DNA from: an uncultured delta proteobacterium
GTDB lineage: Bacteria > Myxococcota_A > Polyangia > Polyangiales > Polyangiaceae
NCBI GenBank assembly: GCA_963782055.1
Contig: CAWAIF010000003.1
Span: 5,824,001 to 5,888,000 of the forward strand
Reading direction: 5' to 3'
DNA length: 64,000 nucleotides
Shown: in pieces, positions 1 to 12,137 of the stretch
Numbering within the stretch: position 1 is the first letter of the stretch
How the letters are laid out: the number at the start of each line of letters is the position of its first letter
The notes under the pieces: model-generated
Told to the model about the DNA's origin: nothing
The model's input: the letters and a program-made list of their open reading frames with translations, nothing else
Database searches by the model: none
Position numbers and translations under genes: made by a program

Positions 1-1
1 G

Positions 2-1977
<1,976 letters not shown>

Positions 1978-1981
<4 letters not shown>

Positions 1982-2397
1982 TCCTGCGGCGGCGCGCGCT
2001 CTGGCTCTCGCTCGGCCTCTGCGCGTGCTCGCCCTCGTCGGGGGAGGTGGACCTCGTCGCCGCCGACGGGGCGGTGGTGCGCGCGTTCACCCACGTGGAG
2101 CACGCCACCACGCCGGAGGCGCGGGCGCAGGGGCTCGGCGGCCACGCGCCGCTCGGCCCGGACGACGCCATGGTCCTGGACTACCCCGTCGTCGACAGGG
2201 CGTGCATCACCAACGCGCCGGTGGGCTTCCCCATCACCGCCGTCTTCGCCGCCCAGGACGGCAGGATCGTCGGGGTGGAGTCCTTCGCCGCCAACGACGC
2301 GCGCACGCCCTGCCACGACGGCGTGCTCACCGTGGTGGAGACCGACACGAGCGGCGCGGCGTCGGCCGCCGGCGCCGCTCGTGTCGTGGTGCGCTGA
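1978..2397 (+). CDS. DUF192-like small exported protein/lipoprotein
   Basis: GTG at 1978 overlaps upstream TGA (GTGA); signal peptide with LCAC; VEHATTPEARAQGL...FPITAVF...DGRIV resembles DUF192. Confidence 0.6.
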
Positions 2398-2419
2398 TCA
2401 CCCCGCGTCGCGCCCGCGA

Positions 2420-2797
2420 TCAGTGGCCGTGACCGCGGTTGTCAGGCTGGTGGCCGCGGTCGTCAGGCTGGTGGCCACGGTTCTGCTGGTGCTGGTCACG
2501 CCGCGGCGGAGGCTGCGCGTGCTCGCGGCGCATGCGTTCGCGCTGCTGCTGGAGCCCGGGCGGATCGTTGCGGTAGTAGCGCCAGTGCCCGCCCTCCCTG
2601 TAGTACCAGCGGTCCTGGTAGAGGTAGACGGGGCGGCCGTCGTAGACGGTGTGCGGGTAGGTCTCGATCTGGACCGGCGCCGAGGTGACCTCGACGTACC
2701 CGACCGGTACGGTTGCGCCTGCGCCGGCGCGCCACTCGCACCCAGCCAGGGCAAGCGGCGCCGCGCACGCGATCACCAACCAAAGGGAGCGTCTCAT
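2420..2797 (-). CDS. Small lipoprotein with Tyr/Trp-rich core and His/Arg-rich repeat tail
   Basis: ATG 2797 after GGAAGAGG RBS; LALAGC lipobox; RWYYREGGHWRYY; tail RGHQPDD RGHQPDN RGHGH. Confidence 0.75.
   Translation of the reverse strand: MRRSLWLVIACAAPLALAGCEWRAGAGATVPVGYVEVTSAPVQIETYPHTVYDGRPVYLYQDRWYYREGGHWRYYRNDPPGLQQQRERMRREHAQPPPRRDQHQQNRGHQPDDRGHQPDNRGHGH
2435..2476. repeat. Two tandem 21-bp coding repeats (RGHQPD[DN])
   Basis: gcggttgtcaggctggtggcc / gcggtcgtcaggctggtggcc. Confidence 0.85.
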
Positions 2798-2940
2798 GGT
2801 CTTACCTCTTCCTTCCGGGGGGAGCACCCCTCCCGCAATCGGCAACGCGTGCGCCTTCACGCAATCACGTCGGCTGTTCCTCGGTCGTGTCCAGCCCCGC
2901 GGCTGCTCTGCGGGGCCCAAGTTCATTCGGTCCAAAAGAG

Positions 2941-2956
2941 AGCATTGGCCGTGCCA
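2941..2956 (-). promoter_or_regulatory. Sigma54-type promoter for the small lipoprotein gene
   Basis: Minus strand TGGCACGGCCAATGCT; near-consensus TGGCACG-N4-TTGCW with exact GG-N10-GC spacing. Confidence 0.7.
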
Positions 2957-2989
2957 CCCGCGCGCCCGGCCGTGTGTTAGCGTGGCTTC

Positions 2990-4345
<1,356 letters not shown>

Positions 4346-4369
4346 GCGGTGTGCTACGTATGCAGCGGC

Positions 4370-5513
4370 ATGCTCAGCGAAGCGCGACTGACCCTCGAAG
4401 ACCTCACGCGGCGCCTCACGGTGCTAAGGGGGCATCTTTGACGTCCCCCGACTGAAGCGAGAAATCGACCAGCTCGGCGAGCGGACCCTCGTCCCGGGCT
4501 TCTGGGACGACCACGAGAAGGCGCAGAAGCTGACGCGCAAGCGCTCGGCGCTGGAGGCCTCCCTCGCCGCCTTCGAGAAGCTGGACAAGGACGTGGAGGA
4601 CGCGCGCGTGCTGCTGGAGCTCGGCGCGGAGGGTGACGACGCCGCCACCATCGCCGAGGCCGAGACGCTCCTCCCGGAGCTGGAGTCGCGCGTCCGCGGG
4701 CTGGAGCTGCGGCGCATGCTCAGCGGCCCGGCGGACCGCGCCAGCGCCATCGTCAGCATCCACCCCGGCGCCGGCGGCACCGACGCCAAGGACTGGGCGG
4801 CGATGCTGCTTCGCATGTACCTGCGCTGGTGCGAGCGGCGCGGCTACAAGACGGAGATCGTCGACTACCAGGAGGGCGACGAGGCCGGCATCGACGCCGT
4901 CTCCTTCACCGTGGAGGGGGAGAACGCCTACGGCTACCTCCGCAGCGAGATGGGCGTGCACCGGCTGGTGCGCATGAGCCCCTTCAACGCCGACCACACG
5001 CGGCAGACGGCCTTCGCCGCGGTGGAGGTGACCCCCGACACCGACGAGGACATCGACGTCGTGATCAACGACAAGGACGTCGAGATCACGACGATGCGCG
5101 CGGGCGGTAAGGGCGGGCAGAACGTCAACAAGGTGGAGACCGCGGTGCGGCTGAAGCACATCCCCACGGGTCTGAACATCGTGTGTCGCGCGGAGCGCAG
5201 CCAGCACCAGAACCGGGCGATGGCCATGAAGGTGCTGCGCGCCAAGCTCTACGAGATGGAGCTGGAGAAGCGCGCCGCCGCGAACGACGCCTACCAGGCG
5301 AGCAAGAGCGCCATCAACTTCGGCAGCCAGATCCGCAACTACGTGCTGGCGCCGTACCGGCTGGTGAAGGACACGCGCACGGGCGCCGAGCAGAGCAACG
5401 TGGACGCGGTGCTGGACGGCGACATCGACTCCTTCGTGGAGGCCTACCTGCTCGCGGCCGCGGGCGGCTCCCTGAAGAAGGGCGGGCAGGTCGAGGAGGC
5501 GGACGCCGTCTGA
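4370..5513 (+). CDS. prfB: Peptide chain release factor 2, expressed through a programmed +1 frameshift
   Basis: ATG 4370 opens 23 codons ending CTT TGA C (4436-4442); the +1 frame continues from 4440 to 5513 with SPF and GGQ motifs. Confidence 0.97.
4427..4442 (+). promoter_or_regulatory. prfB +1 frameshift cassette (internal Shine-Dalgarno plus slippery site)
   Basis: AGGGGG CAT CTT TGA C matches the canonical RF2 autoregulatory cassette. Confidence 0.95.
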
Positions 5514-5526
5514 GCCAGCGGGTGCG

Positions 5527-6051
5527 TCACTTCTCCGGCGCGCCGACGCGCACCTCGACCGACGGCGGCCTGGCGAGCGTCTGGAAGACGACGCAGTATC
5601 GCTCGGTCAGCTCGACGAGCTTCTGGACCTTCTCCGCCGGGGCGGTGGTGTCCACCGTGAGCGTCAGGCGGATGCTGGAGAAGCCGACAGGGGCGTCCTT
5701 CGCGACGCCCAGCGTGCCGCGGAAATCGAGCTCGCCCTCCGCCAGGACAGTCGCGTCGCCTATCTCGATGCCCATCGCGGTGGCGACGGCGGCGAGCGTC
5801 ACGCCCGCGCAGCCGACGAGCGCTTCGAGGAGCATGTCGCCGGAGCACGCCGCCGAACCGTCACCGCCCGTCGCCGGGTGAAGCCCCGCCGGCACACCCG
5901 GCTTGCCGGTCTCGAGCGCGCAGGTGATCGCCCCGTGCGAGACGCGCCCCCTCGCGCGGAGCGTCCGGATCGCCGACGCGGGATCCTCCTTGTAGCGAGC
6001 CTTCAGCGGTGCCTGTCGCGCGCGCAGTCCTTCGGAGTCCATGAGTCGCAT
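5527..6051 (-). CDS. OsmC family protein
   Basis: GLHPATGGDG..ACSGDMLLEALVGC, GELDFRG, TERYCVV. Confidence 0.85.
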   Translation of the reverse strand: MRLMDSEGLRARQAPLKARYKEDPASAIRTLRARGRVSHGAITCALETGKPGVPAGLHPATGGDGSAACSGDMLLEALVGCAGVTLAAVATAMGIEIGDATVLAEGELDFRGTLGVAKDAPVGFSSIRLTLTVDTTAPAEKVQKLVELTERYCVVFQTLARPPSVEVRVGAPEK

Positions 6052-6103
6052 CCCCGTGGTTCGGGCCAGCCTCCCGCGGGCATAGCACGGATAGGCCCGA
6101 GGC

Positions 6104-7279
6104 CTAGTGGCGCCGCGACACCACGACCGCCAGCACGACGAACGCCGCCAGCTTCTTGTTGCTCGCCGTCGCCGGGTGGAGCTTGCCGACGACCTCCGAG
6201 ATGCCCTGGTTGGAGAAGGAGACGGCGCCGTGGGCGTCCACGCTCAGCGTGCCCTTCGGCGTGACGATGTCGTCGCCGGAGAACCGCACCTTCTTCATCT
6301 TCAGGCCGTCGCCGCGGAGGGTGCCGTCGGCGTTGGCGTGGACGACGGTGGTGCCCGCGGTGTCGACGAACTCGCCGCTGGTGATGCTGCCGGCCAGCCG
6401 GCCGTTGACCATCACGCTGCCGTCAGCCTTGACGGCGATCTTCTTCACGTGGCCGGAGCCGGTGAAGACGAACGCCGGGCCGGGCGCGATGTCGGAGGCG
6501 ACGCCCGAGGCCCCCGCCGACGCCGTGTCCTGGTCCTGCGAGCCGCGCGCCTGGTCGGCGGCGTCGGCGCGCACCAGCTCGAGCGTCTGGGTGTCGTACT
6601 TGTTGGCGTCGATCTTCATGCGGTCGGGGTCGTTGAAGAGGCGCGCGTCCTTGTTGGCGGCGGACTTGCGGCCCACGAGGATCATGGTGAGGCCGACGGC
6701 GGCGGCGATGACCCCGCCGATGATGCCGATGTAGCCGACGGTGGAGAGGCCCGAGTCGGTGGTGTCGGTGGTGAAGCCGGTGGAGTCGGTCGTCGAGCCG
6801 TGGGAGGCGACCGAGAGGGCGATGCCGCCGAGGAGCAGCCCCGCGCCGATGCCCCCCACGATGAACCCGGTGTGGTTCACCGAGACGCCCTTGTCGTGGT
6901 AGGCGTTGTACTTGTCGACTGCCTCCTTGTCGCCGACGATGCGATAGAAGCTCTCGTCGTCGATGCGCGAGGCGCCCTGGCGGGGGAACCACTCGCGCTC
7001 CTCCCAGGTGACCACCTGGTTCTGGTACTGGGTCGCGGTGCCGACGACCTCGCCCCGGGAGTTGCGGTACTCCGTCTGCCCGGTGGCCACCTGCTGCACG
7101 CCGGAGCGCAGGTGCGTCTCGTCGTGGACGTACATGGGCTCGCCGTTGGCGTGGGTGTACTCCGTGCGCAGCTCGGCGCAGCCGGTGGTGAGGGCGCTGA
7201 AGCTGACCAGGGTGAGGGCGGCGACGGGCCTGGCGATCCTGGCGAAGCGTGTCTCCCCCGCGAGGGTGGGCTTGTTCAT
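6104..7279 (-). CDS. Hypothetical lipoprotein with internal Gly-rich hydrophobic hairpin
   Basis: ATG 7279; LTTGC lipobox; two GxxxG-rich hydrophobic segments; plausible codon usage only from 7279 within the long ORF. Confidence 0.7.
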   Translation of the reverse strand: MNKPTLAGETRFARIARPVAALTLVSFSALTTGCAELRTEYTHANGEPMYVHDETHLRSGVQQVATGQTEYRNSRGEVVGTATQYQNQVVTWEEREWFPRQGASRIDDESFYRIVGDKEAVDKYNAYHDKGVSVNHTGFIVGGIGAGLLLGGIALSVASHGSTTDSTGFTTDTTDSGLSTVGYIGIIGGVIAAAVGLTMILVGRKSAANKDARLFNDPDRMKIDANKYDTQTLELVRADAADQARGSQDQDTASAGASGVASDIAPGPAFVFTGSGHVKKIAVKADGSVMVNGRLAGSITSGEFVDTAGTTVVHANADGTLRGDGLKMKKVRFSGDDIVTPKGTLSVDAHGAVSFSNQGISEVVGKLHPATASNKKLAAFVVLAVVVSRRH

Positions 7280-7408
7280 CGCGCGTGAGTACGGCGCGCC
7301 CCGGGAGCTTCTTCCCTCCGCGTCGCAGGCGCCAGCGCTCGAGCGCGCCGAGGAGGGGAGACGCCGCGAGCGTTGGGTGCGCGTGCGACCTGCGTTACGC
7401 TCCCGGCC

Positions 7409-8839
7409 ATGACGACCCTCTCGACGCAGGAGGCCACCGCGGCGATCGCCGCGCTCGGCGCTCCCCTCGACGATCTGGCGGCGCGCTACCCGGGCGAGTC
7501 CGGCAAGCGGCAGCCGGTCCATACGGTGTACGGGGGCGGTCACCTCTTCAAGCACGACACCGCGCGCAAGCTGGGGACGCTCGCCCAGAAGGCGCTGCAG
7601 GAGCACGCGCCGGACGCCTTCACCTTCGCCCGCGCGGTGGGCCTGCCCGGCGCCGCCACGCTGCCGGACACGGTGGCCGGCACGGCGCGCGCGGCCGCGC
7701 AGCTGGAGAAGGACGCGGCCGGCGTGCGCGAGGCGTACCCCGCGGCGTGGCTCGCCCACACCGTCTACCGGCGCGTCGTGGCCAAGCTGGAGCGCGAGGC
7801 GGTGGAGGACTTCCGCATCGACTTCGAGGACGGCTACGGCACCCGGCCGGACGCGGAGGAGGACGGCCACGTCGCCCTCGCCGCGCGGGAGGTCGCGCGG
7901 GGGATGAAGGACAAGACGCTCCCGCCCTTCGTCGGCATTCGCATCAAGCCCTTCTCGCGGGAGCTCGCCACCCGCAGCGTGCGCACGCTGGACCTCTTCC
8001 TCACCACGCTGGTGAAGGAGGCCGGCGGCGCGCTGCCGGAGGGCTTCGTCGTCACCTTCCCCAAGATCCAGCGCGTGGAGCAGGTGACGGTGCTGGTCGA
8101 CCTGCTCGCCTCCCTGGAGAAGAAGCTGGGGCTCGCGGCGGGCGCGGTGCCCATCGAGATCATGGTGGAGCAGACGCAGACCATCTTCGCGCCGGACGGC
8201 CGCGCGGCGATGCCCCTCATCCACGACGCGGCGAAGGGACGCCTCTTTGGCGCGCACTTCGGGACGTACGACTACACCGCCAGCTGCAGCATCACCGCGG
8301 CGCACCAGCACATGCTCCACCCCGCGTGCGACTTCGCGAAGCACATGATGCAGGTGGCCTTCGCCGGCACGGGCGTCTTCCTCTCCGACGGGGCGACCAA
8401 CATCATGCCGGTCGGCCCGCACAAGGGCGACGCGCTGACGTTCGAGCAGCGCGCGGAGAACCGGGAGGCGGTGCACCGGGCCTGGCGGCTGCACGCCGAG
8501 CACGTACGCCACTCCCTGGAGACGGCCTTCTACCAGGGCTGGGACCTGCACCCCGCGCAGCTCCCCACCCGCTACTCGGCGGTCTTCGCCTTCTTCCTGG
8601 AGGGCCTGCCCGCGGCGACCGAACGGCTGAAGAACTTCGTCGACAAGGCGGCGCAGGCGACGCTCGTCGGGGACGTCTTCGACGACGCGGCCACCGGACA
8701 GGGGCTGCTCAACTTCTTCCTGCGCGGACTGTCGTGCGGCGCGCTCACCGAGGAGGAGGCGCTCGCCACCGGATTGACCCTGGAGGAGTACCGGTCGCGC
8801 AGCTTCGTGAAGGTGCTGGAGAACCGCAAGAAGCGGTGA
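7409..8839 (+). CDS. HpcH/HpaI aldolase/citrate-lyase superfamily protein (DUF6986-like)
   Basis: RQPVHTVYGG, EDFRIDFEDGYG, HFGTYDY, LSDGATN, QGWDLHPAQL; -10 TACGCT 7 nt before ATG. Confidence 0.8.
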   Translation: MTTLSTQEATAAIAALGAPLDDLAARYPGESGKRQPVHTVYGGGHLFKHDTARKLGTLAQKALQEHAPDAFTFARAVGLPGAATLPDTVAGTARAAAQLEKDAAGVREAYPAAWLAHTVYRRVVAKLEREAVEDFRIDFEDGYGTRPDAEEDGHVALAAREVARGMKDKTLPPFVGIRIKPFSRELATRSVRTLDLFLTTLVKEAGGALPEGFVVTFPKIQRVEQVTVLVDLLASLEKKLGLAAGAVPIEIMVEQTQTIFAPDGRAAMPLIHDAAKGRLFGAHFGTYDYTASCSITAAHQHMLHPACDFAKHMMQVAFAGTGVFLSDGATNIMPVGPHKGDALTFEQRAENREAVHRAWRLHAEHVRHSLETAFYQGWDLHPAQLPTRYSAVFAFFLEGLPAATERLKNFVDKAAQATLVGDVFDDAATGQGLLNFFLRGLSCGALTEEEALATGLTLEEYRSRSFVKVLENRKKR

Positions 8840-8863
8840 CGCGGTCCGGCGTCCCTCCTGGAA

Positions 8864-9022
8864 CGGGGGCCGGCGTCCCATTGCAAGGACCCTTGCAGCG
8901 GACGCCAGTGCGCGAGGTGCGGGTGGGACCAACCGGTCGCTAGTTCGCCTCCCACGAGCCTGCCTCCGCCATCCCCTTGAAAACAGGTGCGAATGCGGGA
9001 TTGCAAGCATCGCTGCACCCCG
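8864..9022 (+). ncRNA. Candidate structured ncRNA, 6S RNA (ssrS)-like rod with central bubble
   Basis: Intergenic between convergent genes; nested complementarity CGGGG/CCCCG, TTGCAA/TTGCAA, CCC/GGG, GAGG/CCTC, GTGGGA/TCCCAC; CCTTGAA..AGG in the bubble recalls 6S; folded by eye only. Confidence 0.4.
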
Positions 9023-9033
9023 ACGCGTGACCC

Positions 9034-9052
9034 GGCCCCGCCCGAAGGGGCC
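9034..9052 (-). terminator. GC hairpin directly after the RND permease stop
   Basis: ggcccc-gcccgaa-ggggcc; no U-tract. Confidence 0.4.
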
Positions 9053-12000
9053 CTAGCCGGGCGCGACGGGAGGCACCACGCCGACGGGGGGCGGCGCGGG
9101 CTCGCGGCCCAGCAGACGCTGCTTCGCCCGATCGGTCAGGACGTAGAACGCGGGCACCACGAAGAGGCTCAGGGCGGTCGAGAGGATGAGCCCGCCGATG
9201 ACCGCGTCCGCCATGGGGCCGCGGGTCTCCGCGCCGGGGCCCATGCCCATCGCCGAGGGGACCGCCGCCATCATGGTGGCGACCGCGGTCATCAGGATGG
9301 GCCGCAGGCGCACCGGACCGGAGCGCGACATGGCCGCGCCGGCGTCGAGGCCGTCCGACGTCCGGACCTCGTTGGCGTAGTCCACCAGCATGATGGAGTT
9401 CTTCTTCACGATGCCCATCAAGAGCAGCAGCCCGATCATGCTGAAGACGTTGAGCGTGCGGCCGGCCGCCAGGAGCGCCAGGAAGGCGCCCGCCACCGAG
9501 AGCGGCAGGATGGTCAGCACCGTGATGGGGTGGAGTAGCGAATCGAACTGCGAGGCAAGCACCATGTACGCGACCAGGATGCCCACCAGCAGCGCGAAGA
9601 AGAGGCTGCTCATCGCGTCGCCGAGCTGCGAGCTCTGCCCGCCCAGCACGACGGCGTAGCCGGGCGGCGCCTCCTTGGTGAGCGTCTGCACGTAGGCGAG
9701 CGCCTCGCTCTGCGAGTGGCCCGGGGCGACGTTGCCGTACACGCGGATGGCGCGCTGCCGCTCGGCGTGGTTGATCGACTGCAGCTCCGCCAGCTCGTTG
9801 GTCACCACCACCGACGAGAGCGGCACCATGTTGCCCGTCGTGGAGCGCACGCGCAGCCGGCCGAGGTCCTCCGGCCGCGTGCGCTGCGCGGCGAGCAGCC
9901 GAAGGCGCATGTCCATGCGGCGACCCGCGGTGGAGTACTGGCCCACCGTCACGCCGCCGACGAGCGCGCTGACGGTGGTGGCGATGTCCTGCACGCTGAC
10001 GCCGACGTCGGAGGCGCGCGCGCGGTCCGGCGTGACGGTGAGCTCCGGCGCGCCGACCTGGTAGTCGCTGCTCACGTCGACGACGAGGCCGGACTCCTCC
10101 ACCTCCTTGCGGATCCTGGCGGCGAGGTCCACCAGCGTGTTCCAGTCGCTCCCGCGCACCGAGATGTCCACCGGGGAGCCGCCGCGCTGCCCGGCGAAGC
10201 CCTGCTGCGAGAGGTCCTGCACGGAGGCACGCACGCCGGGGATGCCGCCGAGCTGCTTGCGGATGACGGCGGCGAAGTCGTTCTGCGTCATCTTGCGCTG
10301 CCCGGGCGGCACCAGCGTGATGGAGAGCTGCGCCCCGCCGGCGGAGACGTTGGTGAGCACGCTCTCCACCTCCGGCCGCTTCGCGAGCATCGCCTCGGCG
10401 CGCTTGGCCAGGCTGTCGCTCTCCTCGATGTCGGCGCCGACGGCGTTGGAGAGGCGGACCGCGAGGCGGCTCTGATCCTGCGAGGGCACCAGCTCCTGCT
10501 TGAGGCGCGTGCCCGCCCACCCGGACACGCCGAGCACCACCAGCCCTGCGGCGAGCACCAGCCACGGCCAGCGGAGGGAGGCGTCCAGCGCCCGGCCGTA
10601 GCCCCGGGCGAGGGCGTCGAAGCCCCGGTCCACCAGGCGCTCGCGCGCGCCCTGGGCGCGCGTCCGGAGCATCTGCGCGCAGCGCGAGGGCGCGAGGGTG
10701 ATGGCCTCCACGTACGAGATGGCCACCGCCACCGAGAGCGTGACGCCGAACTGAAGGAAGAACTTGCCGATGACGCCGGACATGAAGGCGACAGGCAGGA
10801 AGATGGCGATGACGGCGACGGTGGCGGCGAGGGCGGCGAAGGTGATCTCCTTGGTCCCCTCGATGGACGCGGTGACGCGGTCCTTGCCCATCTCCCCGTG
10901 GCGGAAGATGTTCTCCATGACCATCACCGCGTCGTCGACCACCAGCCCCACGGCGAGCGAGAGCCCGAGGAGGGTGAAGGTGTTGAGCGTGTAGCCGGCG
11001 AAGTAGAGCACCGCGATCGTCCCCAGAAGGGACATGGGGATGGCGAACAGGACGTTCGCCGTGCTGGAGAGCGAGCCGAGGAAGAGCCAGCAGACGAAGC
11101 CGGTGAGGATGACCGCCAGCCCGAGCTCCAGGGCGATCTCGTTCACCGACTCCTCGATGAAGCCGGTGGTGTCGAACAGGACGTCCACCTTCATGCCGTC
11201 CGGCAGCGTCTTCTGCACGTCGTCGAGGGCGGCGCGCACCGCCTTGGCCACCCCCACCGCGTTGGACCCGGGCTGCTTCAGGATGCCCATCGCCTGGACG
11301 GGCATGCCGTTGTAGCGCGCGCGGCTCGACACGTCGGAGAAGCCGTCCTCCACCAGCGCCACGTCCTTCAGGCGCACCTGCTCGTTGCCCACCTTGCGCA
11401 CGACGATCTGCCGGAGCGTCTCCAGATCCGCCGCCTCGCCCAGGACGCGCACGTCCAGGGCACGCTGGCCGTTGGTCATCTGCCCGCCGGAGGAGGTGAC
11501 GTGCTGCTTCTGCAGCGCCCCGGTGATGTCGGTGACGGTCGTGCCGGTGGCGACCAGCTTGTCCGCGTCCACCCAGATGCGGACGTTGCGGTCGGAGTAG
11601 CCCATCATGGTGACCTGCCCGACGCCGGGCACGGTCTGCAAGCGGTCCTCGATCTGGTAGCGCGCGATGTCGGCGAGGAGCTGCCGCGAGAAGGCGCCGG
11701 AGACGCCGACGGTGATGATGGGCTGGTCGTCCGGGTTGCTCTTGGAGACCGTCGGCGCCTGCACCGAGTCCGGCAGCTTGCGCTGGATCGCGGCGACCTT
11801 CGCCTGGATGTCCTGCAGCGCCAGATCGATGTTGCGCGAGATGTCGAAGGTCACCGTCACGCGGGCGGAGTTCTGCCGCGCCGACGAGGTGATGGACTGC
11901 ACGCCGGTGACCTGCGAGACGGCGTCCTCGATCGGGTTCACCAGCCCCGTCTCCACGTCCTCCGGCGAGGCGCCCGGCCAGGACACGCTCACCGAGACCG

Positions 12001-12130
12001 TCGGGTTGTCCACGTCCGGGAACTGGCTCACGCCGATGCGCATCACCGCCAGGATGCCGAACAGGACCGTGCCCGCCATGAGCATCCAGGCGAAGACCGG
12101 GCGCCGCACGCAGACGTCGGTGATGCTCAT
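9053..12130 (-). CDS. RND efflux permease (AcrB/AcrD/AcrF family)
   Basis: 1025 aa; RRPVFA, GLVVDDAVMVMEN, GIVKKNSI, RLRPILMT. Confidence 0.95.
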   Translation of the reverse strand: MSITDVCVRRPVFAWMLMAGTVLFGILAVMRIGVSQFPDVDNPTVSVSVSWPGASPEDVETGLVNPIEDAVSQVTGVQSITSSARQNSARVTVTFDISRNIDLALQDIQAKVAAIQRKLPDSVQAPTVSKSNPDDQPIITVGVSGAFSRQLLADIARYQIEDRLQTVPGVGQVTMMGYSDRNVRIWVDADKLVATGTTVTDITGALQKQHVTSSGGQMTNGQRALDVRVLGEAADLETLRQIVVRKVGNEQVRLKDVALVEDGFSDVSSRARYNGMPVQAMGILKQPGSNAVGVAKAVRAALDDVQKTLPDGMKVDVLFDTTGFIEESVNEIALELGLAVILTGFVCWLFLGSLSSTANVLFAIPMSLLGTIAVLYFAGYTLNTFTLLGLSLAVGLVVDDAVMVMENIFRHGEMGKDRVTASIEGTKEITFAALAATVAVIAIFLPVAFMSGVIGKFFLQFGVTLSVAVAISYVEAITLAPSRCAQMLRTRAQGARERLVDRGFDALARGYGRALDASLRWPWLVLAAGLVVLGVSGWAGTRLKQELVPSQDQSRLAVRLSNAVGADIEESDSLAKRAEAMLAKRPEVESVLTNVSAGGAQLSITLVPPGQRKMTQNDFAAVIRKQLGGIPGVRASVQDLSQQGFAGQRGGSPVDISVRGSDWNTLVDLAARIRKEVEESGLVVDVSSDYQVGAPELTVTPDRARASDVGVSVQDIATTVSALVGGVTVGQYSTAGRRMDMRLRLLAAQRTRPEDLGRLRVRSTTGNMVPLSSVVVTNELAELQSINHAERQRAIRVYGNVAPGHSQSEALAYVQTLTKEAPPGYAVVLGGQSSQLGDAMSSLFFALLVGILVAYMVLASQFDSLLHPITVLTILPLSVAGAFLALLAAGRTLNVFSMIGLLLLMGIVKKNSIMLVDYANEVRTSDGLDAGAAMSRSGPVRLRPILMTAVATMMAAVPSAMGMGPGAETRGPMADAVIGGLILSTALSLFVVPAFYVLTDRAKQRLLGREPAPPPVGVVPPVAPG

Positions 12131-12137
12131 CGGGCGT

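Noticed and set aside
4370..4441. In-frame stop early in prfB suggesting a pseudogene
   Set aside because: It is the canonical programmed frameshift
8846..9022. Cobalamin riboswitch, SRP RNA, RNase P or tmRNA
   Set aside because: Signature motifs are absent, and the region lies downstream of both flanking genes
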